Below are positions 17,690 through 27,573 of a DNA stretch of 64,000 bases, piece by piece; the stretch's first letter is position 1; each line of letters opens with the position of its first letter. The stretch spans positions 256,001 through 320,000 of the forward strand of contig CBDAOB010000002.1 in assembly GCA_965197905.1 (NCBI GenBank), written 5' to 3'. Below the pieces are notes generated by a model. The model searched no databases. It was not told where the DNA came from and was given only the letters and a program-made list of their open reading frames with translations. The translations under genes and the position numbers were made by a program. This stretch comes from Candidatus Latescibacterota bacterium. Lineage in GTDB: Bacteria; Latescibacterota; UBA2968; UBA8231.

Positions 17690-18927
17690 CTAAGCCCGTG
17701 TCACGGTACCGTCAGCGCGTCGTGCTACTCCACCGGCAGATCCCGGATCTTTGAGCGGATACCGGGCCGCCAGCTGCTCATCGATGTCCACCCCCAGACC
17801 CGGCTTGCCATTCGGCCACATGTAACCACCGCGCACTTCAGGTGTTCCAGGGAACACCTCCTTCAATGTCTCATGCGTGTCCAGATAACACGAAGCCTCC
17901 TGAATGCCGAAATTCCACACATTCATATCCAGCATGAGGTTGGCCGCGTGGCCGACAGGGGAAACATCGGCGGAGCCGTGCCAGGCGGTGCGGACATTGA
18001 AGGCTTCGCACAGCGCCGCCAGCTTCCGTGCAGGAGTCAGCCCGCCCATGGTCGAAATGTGCAACCGGAGAAAGTCCAGTAGACGGTCCTTAATCATCGG
18101 AACGATCTCCTGGGGGTTGCTGTACAACTCGCCCATGGCGATCGGCGTGCTGGTCTGCTCGCGTAGGAGGCGATAGTAGTCGTTGTCCTCCGGTGCGAAA
18201 AGGTCTTCCATGAAGTATGGCTTGAATTGCTCCACGTCCTTGGCCATTGAGAGTGCTTGGATAGGCGGCATACGCGACTTGACATCGAAGAGAATCTCCG
18301 GATTGGGGCCAAAGGTGGAGCGGAACTGCTCAAAGCATGCACGATACTGCGCGCGACCGCCGTTGGCTCGAAAATGGTTCCGTCGCTTATGGACGCCTTG
18401 TTGGTGATGACGGTTGGTTCATAGTGATCTTTGTCGTGTTCCGTCAACCGACCACCCCATCCGAACTTGATGTGAAGGAAACCTCGTTCCAAGAGCATGC
18501 GGACGTGTTCCTCGTACTCTACATGGTTTTGTCCTCGAGGGATCACGTACACCGCCGCTGCCTCTCTGGACTTGCCGCCGAACAGCTCGTAAACGGGCAT
18601 CCCCGCCACCTTGCCCTTGATGTCCCATAGTGCTTGATCTACGCCGCTTAGGGCATTGTTGAGCACGGGTCCACTGCGCCAATAGGAGGACGCATAACAT
18701 GACTGCCATATATCCTCGATGTCGCTCGGGTCTTTGCCGGACAGAAAAGGCTTCAGATAATCGTCCACCGCTGCTGCAACAGCCGTCGGTCGCGTGCAGA
18801 ATGAGGCGCAGCCCACTCCGTGCAGCTCTGGCTCGTTGGTCTCCACCTTCACCACCGTGAGAGTACGAGCACCGGGTGGCTGCGTGATAATCGCCCTCAC
18901 ATCGCGAATCTTCAAATTGCTCATCAT
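17690..18927 (-). pseudogene. Enolase-superfamily dehydratase (RspA/ManD-like), split by one frameshift near 18332-18334
   Basis: N-half 18094..18927 (YWRSGPVLNNALSGVDQALWDIKGKVAGMPVYELFGG) and C-half 17690..18271 (FMED, GELY, RTAWHG, PGLGVDIDE). Adding one T (GCTTTGAG to GCT TTT GAG) fuses them as SIVHA-FEQFRSTFGPNPEILFDVKSR. May be a sequencing error. Confidence 0.85.
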
Positions 18928-19146
18928 AGCCCCTTGACGAGAAAAACGGGATGGCCAGCAAACGAGTTCTCATAACGTGTGGTTATCCAGTGCGAGCAGC
19001 AAGGGGACGCAGCATGACGTCGGAGTGGGCTAAGGGGTGGGACTCTCTTTCACGCAGGCGATGAAATGACGATTTTCATGCCAGCGTTCAGTGAAAGGCC
19101 CCGGTGGGCTTCACCGAGTTCGGACGGCCGATTTAAGGAAACCGCA

Positions 19147-20046
19147 ATGAAAAAAGAAAATTACGATTTCTTCAAGGCAAACGGCTACCTGTCGCTTGGA
19201 AAGATCCTGAGCGATGACGAGGTAACCCGTTTCGCGGATCTTTTCGACCGCAATCGACGGGACTTCGACCGTTTCTGGAACGACAACGGCACCTGGCAAA
19301 CCCAACACTGTGAGTCGCTCCTGACAGCGCCGGAGTTTGATGAACTGATTCGCCATCCCAAGGCCATTGAACCTCTAAAGGGCCTGATGGGCGACGAGGT
19401 CTGTTTTTCAGAGATCAGCCTGCGGCACATGGGGCCGTACGTGGGTGAGCCGCTTCCCGGAATGACGTCGTGGGAAGGGTCCGTAGGGCGACGCTGGCAT
19501 CGCGACAGTGGGGACCTCGTGTGGCCGGAACATCCGCTGCGAATCTGCTATCTCCAGATGATGGTCTACCTGGAAGATGTGGACGATACAACCCATAGCT
19601 TCGCCGTTTCGCCCCAATCGGTCGATCAGGAGATGTTTGATACGGAAGCTCAGCTTGAGTGCGGCGGCATCCACGACTATCACGGCGTTGCAGGAACAGC
19701 TATACTGTTTAACCTCTCTCGTCTACACACGGTTACCGTGCGTCCAACGCAGTCCGAACGCAAAACTGCGCAGATCTACTACGGCCACCGGCACCGCGAG
19801 TACCTCAGCGAGAGTACCTACATACCCACTCAACTATGGCGGGACCATCCCGACGAGGAAGTGCGTGGATTCTACAGCGTTCTCAATGGGAAAACCCGGG
19901 AATATTTGGAGCGTACAGCCGCCGGCGACGAGGTCCCTGTGAACGAGGTGCTGGAAATCTTGGCCGATATTGGGAAGAATGTGAACCTGCCGAGAAAATA
20001 TGGACCCCGCTGGCGTTACACTGTGCGCGGAACGAGGAGGAAATGA
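19147..20046 (+). CDS. Phytanoyl-CoA dioxygenase (PhyH) family Fe(II)/2OG enzyme
   Basis: FFKANGYL, WHRD (HxD), distal RLHT, terminal R in SERKT; start moved to the ATG after the AAGGA RBS. Confidence 0.85.
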   Translation: MKKENYDFFKANGYLSLGKILSDDEVTRFADLFDRNRRDFDRFWNDNGTWQTQHCESLLTAPEFDELIRHPKAIEPLKGLMGDEVCFSEISLRHMGPYVGEPLPGMTSWEGSVGRRWHRDSGDLVWPEHPLRICYLQMMVYLEDVDDTTHSFAVSPQSVDQEMFDTEAQLECGGIHDYHGVAGTAILFNLSRLHTVTVRPTQSERKTAQIYYGHRHREYLSESTYIPTQLWRDHPDEEVRGFYSVLNGKTREYLERTAAGDEVPVNEVLEILADIGKNVNLPRKYGPRWRYTVRGTRRK

Positions 20047-20053
20047 AGGAATC

Positions 20054-21640
20054 ATGGTAACGGATCCGACAACTGGGAACCCGACGACAGGGCCGCTGCT
20101 CGACTGGTGGTATGTTCACGCCGGCTACATGGGATTCAAGGACGGCACTTCGAAGTCGTGGGACGTGCCGATGGGAATTGAGATCGAGGCGCAGGAAGCG
20201 GAAAAGAGCGACCCAATACTGCTGCCCGACCGCCCATGGGAAAAAGAAGGAAGCGGGCCGGTCACCTCCTTCTACGTCAAGAGTGGTAGATACATCATCG
20301 ACTACTACACGCCCGCAGGTCTATGCCGCGCGGAAAGCGAAGATGGCTACAACTGGACCAAACCGGAGCTCGGAGCCGTCGAATTCGAGGGGTCGACGAG
20401 GAACAACATCATCACTACGAAATACGCTCGCATCTTCGAAGATCCTTCGGCGCCGGCGGAGGAGCGTTTCAAGGCGATAGGAAGCAGGTCGGGCTTCTAC
20501 GCTCGCGAACGGGACGCAGATGGCAATTACGTCGAGGTCCACCTGGACAAAGATGCGGTCGCCGGCCTGGGTGACCCGGATGTTCAAGATCAGCTGAGAC
20601 TTCAGGAGTGGCACAGGGAGAGCTTCGAGGGCGAGTGGGGGACGTTGAAAGCTTTCATGACCGGTGCCGTCTCACCTGACGGGCTCAACTGGACGGATCT
20701 GGAGGAGCCGCTACTAGAGGAGTTCGTCGATGGGGACAAAGTCGTCTTCTACGACGAGGCGCTGGGAAAGTATGTCGCCTACCTCCGTTTTCATGTGGCC
20801 GGCAGGCGCTGTGCGGGCAGGTGCGAGAGCGACGACTTCCGCACGTTCACACCGGAGCGGGTCGTGGTGATGCCAGACGCCCTCGACCCGCCTGACCTCT
20901 CTTTCTACAATCACGGCTACACCCGCTATCCGGGTCGCCACGATCTGCACCTGATGTTCCTGTCGCGGTACGTGCAGTCAGCGGCAACCAAGGACATTCA
21001 GCTCGCGGTCAGTCACGACGGCATCGACTGGGAGAGGCCGGACCGCAACAATCACCTCCTCGACAACTACGCCGAAGGAGCCGGCTACGGTAGCATGCTC
21101 TATGTCGGGCCAGGCCTGCTGGAGATGCCGGACGGACGCTACGCGGCCACCTACTGGGGCACCGCGCGCAAGTGCCTGCACGACAATCCCAACCAGCATC
21201 TGCCGGTTCGCTACGCCTTGTGGGAAAAGGATCGCCTCGCGGGAATTCGCGCCAAAGGGGACGGACGGCTGACCCTGCGGCAGGACCACTATCGCTCGCC
21301 GCCCGACTGCCCCGACTCCATCCCAGCGCCAATACACAATCGCTTTCCGCCCCTCGCCGACCCGAACGAGCCACCGAGGCAGCTGCGGCTCAACTACAAG
21401 ACGGAAACCGGTGGTTTCGTCAAGGTCGAGCTCATCACCCATATCGGGCCGAAGCCACACCTGTCCGGTTCCCTCGGTGCGATCGACGGTTACAGCTTCG
21501 AAGACTGCGACGTCCTCCAGGGAGACGAGGTGAACCGCGTCGTCTCCTGGAACGGCAACGACAATGTTGCCCGCCTGTCGGATTCCCTGGCGATTCGCAT
21601 CGAGATGTACAAAGCGACGCTTTTCGCGTTCAGTCTGTAG
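20054..21640 (+). CDS. GH32-like propeller plus beta-sandwich protein, paralogue
   Basis: SEDGYNWTKPELGAVEFEGSTRNNI, FEDPSAPAEERFKA, SHDGIDWERP, LRLNYKT...IRIEMYKATLFAF; start at ATG 20054 after AAGGA. Confidence 0.75.
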   Translation: MVTDPTTGNPTTGPLLDWWYVHAGYMGFKDGTSKSWDVPMGIEIEAQEAEKSDPILLPDRPWEKEGSGPVTSFYVKSGRYIIDYYTPAGLCRAESEDGYNWTKPELGAVEFEGSTRNNIITTKYARIFEDPSAPAEERFKAIGSRSGFYARERDADGNYVEVHLDKDAVAGLGDPDVQDQLRLQEWHRESFEGEWGTLKAFMTGAVSPDGLNWTDLEEPLLEEFVDGDKVVFYDEALGKYVAYLRFHVAGRRCAGRCESDDFRTFTPERVVVMPDALDPPDLSFYNHGYTRYPGRHDLHLMFLSRYVQSAATKDIQLAVSHDGIDWERPDRNNHLLDNYAEGAGYGSMLYVGPGLLEMPDGRYAATYWGTARKCLHDNPNQHLPVRYALWEKDRLAGIRAKGDGRLTLRQDHYRSPPDCPDSIPAPIHNRFPPLADPNEPPRQLRLNYKTETGGFVKVELITHIGPKPHLSGSLGAIDGYSFEDCDVLQGDEVNRVVSWNGNDNVARLSDSLAIRIEMYKATLFAFSL

Positions 21641-21654
21641 GAATCTTAGCGGCG

Positions 21655-23010
21655 ATGGAATCGAAACGAACGGTCGGCGTACGCCAAGCCGAGGTCAGCG
21701 ACGTCAGGCATATCAAGATCCACCATGACGACCATCTTTACCTGTTCGCCCCGAACCGCGGTGGAATTTGGAGTTTCGGCGACGGTGAGATCGCCATCGC
21801 CTACATCGCCGTACCCATGAACTACACGGACGATCTGCCAGCGGGGTACAACCGCCACGGCGGGGGAGATCGCTCCTTTCGAGGCGCCCACGAGAAATGG
21901 GGCGGCGAGACCGGGGTGATGTTGAGCCGCTCCCTCGACTGGGGCGAGACCTGGCCCGAGAACGAACGCCAGTGGATCTGGAACAACAACCGAACGATCG
22001 ACGAAACCCTCGACTGGCTGCGCCCGCGCGACCGCGGCGAGCGCGAGGAGATCGACCTGGGTGACCCGGACTCTATCATCCACTTCTGCGAAGCCGAGAG
22101 CAGCGTGAAATTTCCGCTCGGAGGGTCGCTGAACCAGCCGAACGAGGGGATCAACTTCCACCTGGGCAAACCGAAGCACTGCGTGTCTTTCTGTGTGCGC
22201 AGCACCGACCGCGGCCGCAGCTGGGAGAAGCACGCAACGCTGTTAGACGCGCCCAGGTGGGCGCCCGGCGGCGGTTTCCTGTCGGTCAACCTCGGCCACG
22301 TCCGCTTCGACAACGGAGTGCTCGGCATCGTCGGCGGCATCTACCGGCGCAATATCTGCGCCTATTACGCCAGCTACAACAACGGGGTCAGCTTCGAGTA
22401 TGTCAGCAACGTTGCGCGGATCAGCCCGAACATAACGCCCATCGGCGGCGACATGCTTGCCGGCTACAACTACTCGGGGGTGCACAAGCTGCCGGACGGG
22501 CGATTGATGGTCTGCATGCACCAGCACTGGGGGGCAACGCCGGACTTCGAAACCCCCTGCGTCGCATTCTCCACCAACGACGGCATGACCTGGTCGGCTC
22601 CTGAATTCGTTACCACGCCTGGCACGTTTGGCGGTCCGGTCACCGGTCCGCGTGCGGAATCGGCGCCGCGCAACGAGGAGGGGATGAAAGACAACTCCCG
22701 ACAACGCTGTCCGGTGGCATTGGTCACCCGCGACGGGCGCATCATCATCTTGTTCGCGCGGCGCACGGCGGATCGAGGATGTCGTGGCATCATCGGCGTC
22801 GTCAGCGATGACCTGGGTCAGACGTGGAGCGAGGAGTTCGTAGTTCGCGGCGACGCCTACTGCTGGGATCTGGGTTATCCGGTGCTAACGGAACTTGCAG
22901 ACGGACGGATTCTCACAGCCTACTGGTGGACGGAGAAGGAGGGAGGCGAGCCAATTCCCGAGCCAGAGCTCGTCCGCTTTATCGCGGGGACGACCTTTCG
23001 GATAGATTGA
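21655..23010 (+). CDS. BNR/Asp-box sialidase-like protein
   Basis: SLDWGETW, STDRGRSW, STNDGMTW, SDDLGQTW, DLGYPVLTELADGRILTAYW. Start set at ATG 21655 because the upstream part of the track ORF overlaps the previous gene. Confidence 0.8.
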   Translation: MESKRTVGVRQAEVSDVRHIKIHHDDHLYLFAPNRGGIWSFGDGEIAIAYIAVPMNYTDDLPAGYNRHGGGDRSFRGAHEKWGGETGVMLSRSLDWGETWPENERQWIWNNNRTIDETLDWLRPRDRGEREEIDLGDPDSIIHFCEAESSVKFPLGGSLNQPNEGINFHLGKPKHCVSFCVRSTDRGRSWEKHATLLDAPRWAPGGGFLSVNLGHVRFDNGVLGIVGGIYRRNICAYYASYNNGVSFEYVSNVARISPNITPIGGDMLAGYNYSGVHKLPDGRLMVCMHQHWGATPDFETPCVAFSTNDGMTWSAPEFVTTPGTFGGPVTGPRAESAPRNEEGMKDNSRQRCPVALVTRDGRIIILFARRTADRGCRGIIGVVSDDLGQTWSEEFVVRGDAYCWDLGYPVLTELADGRILTAYWWTEKEGGEPIPEPELVRFIAGTTFRID

Positions 23011-23058
23011 GACCCGTTCGCGCCGCCATCGTTGCGCTCACCATTGGCTTTGGTAGGT

Positions 23059-23874
23059 TCAAGCCTTCGCTAATTCGCCGACGTGCTGCTTGATCACTTC
23101 CTTCAAGTTCACACTGAGCCCCTTCTGCTTGAACGCCATGAACTCAAGGGTATCCTCTTCAAGATCGATTCCCTGGTTGCGCGCTTTTTCGAGCTCACCT
23201 TCCAGGGTTTCGCTGTAGATATCCTGCGGTGCATAGGAATACATCATCACCCGTCGATCGCGGTCCTTGGGGACCCACTTGTGGGCCGCGTGCACCAGGC
23301 GCAACGGCATGATAATCATGTCGCCGGCGTTGACGGTAACGGTGACGGCACCCTCCATGTCGAGGGGAAAGGGATTCTCCTTCGGATAGTAGAACTCGGA
23401 CTTGTGGGAACCGGGAATCACCACCAGGCCTCCATCTCCGGGCCGCACGTCGGTGAGATAGAGAAAGGCGGTGAATAAGTCGCAGAAAATCGAGCGGGTG
23501 CCGTAGCTGGCGAAGAACCCGGGCGCGTTCTCCACCCGGTAGCGGTCGATCTCCTTTTGACAGTGAAATTTGTGGTCGGTGTGCTGAGCTCCGTTTATCA
23601 TCATGGTGCCGCCGAGAAGGCGCGGCATGTTGTTCAGCAGAGGGCAGACGTAGTCGAGCATATTGGAGCAGCTGGCGATCTTTTCCAGCGTCTTGTCATA
23701 CAGCATGGCGTTGCCGTACTTGTCGCCGTAGACGGCATCCTGATAGAGACTCTGATAATCGTTTACGATGCGCTCCGAAGCCTCGAACGCCTTTTTTGTG
23801 GTCACCTCATCGATGACCTTCTCCACCTTGAGATATCCAAAGGTATCGAAGAAATACAGTTCCTCGTCTGTCAT
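23059..23874 (-). CDS. PhyH-family dioxygenase with atypical first metal motif
   Basis: FFDTFGYL, YLTDVRPGDGGLVVIPGSHK, AGDMII...LVHAA...RR; FHCQ where HxD is expected. Confidence 0.82.
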   Translation of the reverse strand: MTDEELYFFDTFGYLKVEKVIDEVTTKKAFEASERIVNDYQSLYQDAVYGDKYGNAMLYDKTLEKIASCSNMLDYVCPLLNNMPRLLGGTMMINGAQHTDHKFHCQKEIDRYRVENAPGFFASYGTRSIFCDLFTAFLYLTDVRPGDGGLVVIPGSHKSEFYYPKENPFPLDMEGAVTVTVNAGDMIIMPLRLVHAAHKWVPKDRDRRVMMYSYAPQDIYSETLEGELEKARNQGIDLEEDTLEFMAFKQKGLSVNLKEVIKQHVGELAKA

Positions 23875-24055
23875 GGCTCTGGTGACCTTTCACAGTTTAA
23901 CGCGGGTGGTGGTGAAGAAGCCGTGCCTTCATCGCCTGAGATGACCGGGGCACAGGAAGGCGGACCTTGTCGTGACAATCTAAACAACCGAATTATTGCG
24001 AAAAAGCTTTCCGCACCGCGCGCGAAGCCGGTGACGGATTCAAAGGAGAGAAAAT

Positions 24056-25642
24056 ATGGCAGCTGAACGAGTTCTGAGCGGGACGTGGCAAGGGTTTTAT
24101 CCGGGTGACTGGGTAAGGCCGCGAAGTAATCCCGGTACCTGGATAGCCCTCGTGGACGTCTCGGAGGTCTTTCCCGGCAACAGGTCTGTTTCTCGACAGG
24201 GCGTGTACAACCTCTACGATGCGCCCGTGGGTGTCGAGCTAAAAATCGAACAGGCCACCAGAGCGCCCATGACCTTCGAGGGCGAGGTGGAATGGGAGAG
24301 TGGTGGGCTTTCTCCAGGCGACCTTTGGTACGAAGATGGTCGCTACCACATGTTCTACCATGCCATGGGGCAGGGCACATGCTACGCCGTCAGCGATGAC
24401 TGCTACCACTGGACCCGTCCCGAGCTCGGTGAGGTGGAGTACAACGGCTCGAAGAAAAACAATCTCCACGCCAACCACCCGGAGGGAGGAATTTTTGAGG
24501 ACCCCTCAGCACCTCCGGAGGAGCGCTTCAAAGCCATGGGGGCAGGATCTGGCTGGTACGACCCAGACAACTGGGAAAAGCTCGACGAGGAAGAGGCCAA
24601 TAAGCGCTGGGACGCCATGCAGTACGAGGGGCTCGACTATAAAGGCCCCAAGGTAGTGCTGCGGGGATGGATGGTCGGCTGGACATCTCCGGATCGATTT
24701 CATGGCTGGAAGCAGATAGAGGAGCCGCTGGCCGAGTACTCGGTCAACGGGGGCATTTGCGCCGGGTACGATGAGGAAAGCGGGACCTACTTCGCCTATA
24801 TGCAGCCGCAGGGGTTTCCTCCGGAGGATCCGAAGGGCATCGGGACTGGTGTTCAGGAGGTAGAGATGGTGCGCCGGGCAAACGGCTTTTGCCGAACGAA
24901 AGACTTCCGCCACTGGCCGGGATCCAAGCTCATCATGCACCCTGATTCTCAGGACGAGCTGGACATCGCCTTCTACGCTCATAACTACTTCCCCTATCCG
25001 GGGCGCACGGACCTCCATGTCATGCTCACGCCCGTATTTCATCACATGACCGGCACGATGGATGTACAGATCGCCTTCAGCCGGGATGGGCTCATCTGGT
25101 CGCGCCCCGAACGCCGCCCCATCTTGACGGTGGGATCTCCGGGCAGTGGGCAGGAGGGCATGATCGGCGCCTCTGGCATCACGGAGCTGCCCGACGGGCA
25201 TTGGGGGGCCAAGTACTGGGGGGAATCCAGACTCCATAACGTCAAGGAAGAGTATACGGTCTCTCTTTTCCCGCAGAATCAGCCCAGAACGATGGGATGG
25301 GCTCTGTGGCAGCCGCATCGCTTCTGCGGATTCGAGGCGCAGACGGAGGGCCAGTTCACCATACCGACCATCTTTCGCCGCAACAACGAGCTGCGGCTGA
25401 ATTACCGCTGCCAGCCCGGTGGTTGGGTGAGCGTGGAACTCATGCGTTTGATGCCTTCGATGTTTCACGGAGACGTCGACCCGCTTGCCGGTTTCACCTT
25501 TGAGGAATGTGACCGGTTGCAGGGCGATTCATTTGATCAGGCCGTCACCTGGAAGGGGAACAGCGACATCTCCAGCATCGGCGAGATGGTGGCTATCCGG
25601 CTGAAGATGTTCCAGGCGAAGGTATTTGCCTATCAGGTGTGA
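24056..25642 (+). CDS. GH32-like propeller plus beta-sandwich protein, paralogue
   Basis: SDDCYHWTRPELGEVEYNGSKKNN, FEDPSAPPEERFKA, SRDGLIWSRP, LRLNYRC...IRLKMFQAKVFAY; AAGGAG RBS. Confidence 0.75.
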   Translation: MAAERVLSGTWQGFYPGDWVRPRSNPGTWIALVDVSEVFPGNRSVSRQGVYNLYDAPVGVELKIEQATRAPMTFEGEVEWESGGLSPGDLWYEDGRYHMFYHAMGQGTCYAVSDDCYHWTRPELGEVEYNGSKKNNLHANHPEGGIFEDPSAPPEERFKAMGAGSGWYDPDNWEKLDEEEANKRWDAMQYEGLDYKGPKVVLRGWMVGWTSPDRFHGWKQIEEPLAEYSVNGGICAGYDEESGTYFAYMQPQGFPPEDPKGIGTGVQEVEMVRRANGFCRTKDFRHWPGSKLIMHPDSQDELDIAFYAHNYFPYPGRTDLHVMLTPVFHHMTGTMDVQIAFSRDGLIWSRPERRPILTVGSPGSGQEGMIGASGITELPDGHWGAKYWGESRLHNVKEEYTVSLFPQNQPRTMGWALWQPHRFCGFEAQTEGQFTIPTIFRRNNELRLNYRCQPGGWVSVELMRLMPSMFHGDVDPLAGFTFEECDRLQGDSFDQAVTWKGNSDISSIGEMVAIRLKMFQAKVFAYQV

Positions 25643-25673
25643 CCAGCGCGTGAGGGATCTGCGATCTTGTTCT

Positions 25674-26276
25674 TTAGAAGTCGAGTCCCAACGATTTCAA
25701 TTCACGCTTGAGCTGCTCGGGGCTCTCAAAAGCGATTACGCTCATACCCAACATCCTTGCCGGCTCTAAGAAATGAGGTTTGTCGTCGACAAACAGGCAC
25801 TCTTGAGCGGGATGAGAGCTCTTTTCGAGTACCATTTCGTAGATCTTCGGATCTGGCTTTCGGGTCCCGGCCACATGCGAGAAGACGCCGTCCTTGAATC
25901 TGTGTCTGAAGCGGTACTTCTCCTCCAGATACTCGATTCTTTCCTGAACATTGTCTGATAGAAAGAGCATCTCGTACCCGGCCATATTGAGGCGGTCGAC
26001 CATCTCTACCGTGCCTTGAATCGGTTCATAGGCTTGAATCCACACAGGCGAGAGCCGGCTGTTCTCTGCCTCGATACCCCAATACTCCTTGGCGCCGCTC
26101 CAAAACTGATCCGCCGAAATTCCGCCGATGCGGTATGCTGTTCCGAGGTCGCCATGCAGCACGTCTGTTACTCTCTGCTCCGAAACGCCGTAGGTTGCGG
26201 TTATCTCTTTGATCGCTTTAGAGGTGCCGTCGGTGAAATAGACCCCCCCAAAATCGAGAATAACAGTTCTGATCAT
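25674..26276 (-). CDS. HAD-superfamily phosphatase
   Basis: ILDFGGV, LSDN, RKPDPKIY, FVDD. Confidence 0.88.
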   Translation of the reverse strand: MIRTVILDFGGVYFTDGTSKAIKEITATYGVSEQRVTDVLHGDLGTAYRIGGISADQFWSGAKEYWGIEAENSRLSPVWIQAYEPIQGTVEMVDRLNMAGYEMLFLSDNVQERIEYLEEKYRFRHRFKDGVFSHVAGTRKPDPKIYEMVLEKSSHPAQECLFVDDKPHFLEPARMLGMSVIAFESPEQLKRELKSLGLDF

Positions 26277-27565
26277 GGCCGTCTGTTTTCGAGCTGATTT
26301 TGGAGGTCGTCGACAATCTGTCGGAATCTGGGAGCGCCTACCAGGTTGCGGAACTCGCCCGGATCGTCGTTGAGATCATATAACTCGCCCGGAACGCCCT
26401 CGTAGAGATTGAGTTTCCAATCTTCGGTCCGGATCATCTGCAGATCGCCCAGTTGCGCGAGCACAGACCGGCGCCAAGCCGCCGGCCTCGCGTTCGACCC
26501 CAATAGCGGGGCCAACGACCGGCCCTGCACCGTCTCCGGAATCGGCGCTCCGATCAGCTCGCCGATCGTCGGGAACAGGTCCACATGTTCCACCAGCTCG
26601 CTTCGCCGCACCGGCGCGACCCCGGGCATGCTGACAAACAGCGGCACGTGGACCGAACCCTCGTACATACATCCCTTCAAGAAGATTTGATGCTCCCATA
26701 GCTGATCGCCGTGATCGGCTGTGCACATAACGATGGTCTCATCGAGCACGCCAAGACGGTCGAGCGCTTCGAGAATGAGCCCGCAATAGGCATCGGCGAG
26801 TGAGGCCAATCCATGGTATGCGGCGACCATTTGTCGCAGCTCAATCTCGGTGAGATGCGCCCAATCTCGCTGCCTGACTGAAATCGATTGATGGGGAACG
26901 GCACCCGGCGGAGCCTGCTCGGGGAGTTGGATCGCGTTCTGATCGATAGCCTCGTAATATTCCCGCGGCGGGTAGAAGGGGGGATGAGGTTCCGTTATAT
27001 CCACCCAGCAGAAGAAGGGCTCGCTGTCCCTCACTGCCCTTTCGATCTGGGCAATCGCATGGTCGGCAACGAACTGTCCGCGATACTCAGCCCTGGTGCG
27101 CGTGCTGGGGCCTCCCGTGGTGCGGCGGGTGGTATCTTGCCACTCCCATGCGTATCGGTCGCGCGCTGCGGAGGATATATGGTCGCGCCACGGTGTCGTG
27201 TCGATGGTGACATCGTACCCCGAACCGATGGCGGGGTCGTTCCAGTGGGGACGTCCGACATCTATACGGCAATAATCCAGCGGTTCGAGGGCATGGGCGA
27301 TCTGGGAGATACCCGAGGTGGGAGCATGACCGGACGCGATCAATCCGTTGTCGTAGGGATACCGACCCGTGGCGATCGAGTGGCGGGCAGGTACACAGGC
27401 GGGGGACTGGGTATAACAGCGATCGAAGCAAACGCTGCGGCTTGAGAGGAGATCCAGATTGGGGGTCCGGGCTACGGGGTTGCCAGTACACCCTAGGGCA
27501 TCATAGCGCAGCTGATCACACGTCAACACCAGCACGTTCATCGGCCCTCGGACGTGCTTCTGCAT
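26273..27565 (-). CDS. Cys-type sulfatase (choline-sulfatase-like), cytoplasmic
   Basis: NVLVLTCDQLR, CVPARHSIATG, EPHPPF, ADHGD, ELYDLNDDPGE. Confidence 0.9.
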   Translation of the reverse strand: MQKHVRGPMNVLVLTCDQLRYDALGCTGNPVARTPNLDLLSSRSVCFDRCYTQSPACVPARHSIATGRYPYDNGLIASGHAPTSGISQIAHALEPLDYCRIDVGRPHWNDPAIGSGYDVTIDTTPWRDHISSAARDRYAWEWQDTTRRTTGGPSTRTRAEYRGQFVADHAIAQIERAVRDSEPFFCWVDITEPHPPFYPPREYYEAIDQNAIQLPEQAPPGAVPHQSISVRQRDWAHLTEIELRQMVAAYHGLASLADAYCGLILEALDRLGVLDETIVMCTADHGDQLWEHQIFLKGCMYEGSVHVPLFVSMPGVAPVRRSELVEHVDLFPTIGELIGAPIPETVQGRSLAPLLGSNARPAAWRRSVLAQLGDLQMIRTEDWKLNLYEGVPGELYDLNDDPGEFRNLVGAPRFRQIVDDLQNQLENRRP

Positions 27566-27573
27566 CGTATCTT

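Noticed and set aside
18320..18345. Programmed ribosomal frameshift in the dehydratase
   Set aside because: No X XXY YYZ slippery heptamer at the junction; a single-base deletion explains it.
21172..21654. N-terminal extension of the 612-aa track ORF (likewise 45438..45590 for nrfA and 46737..47000 for uxuA)
   Set aside because: They overlap other real genes and lack family similarity; downstream ATGs fit better.
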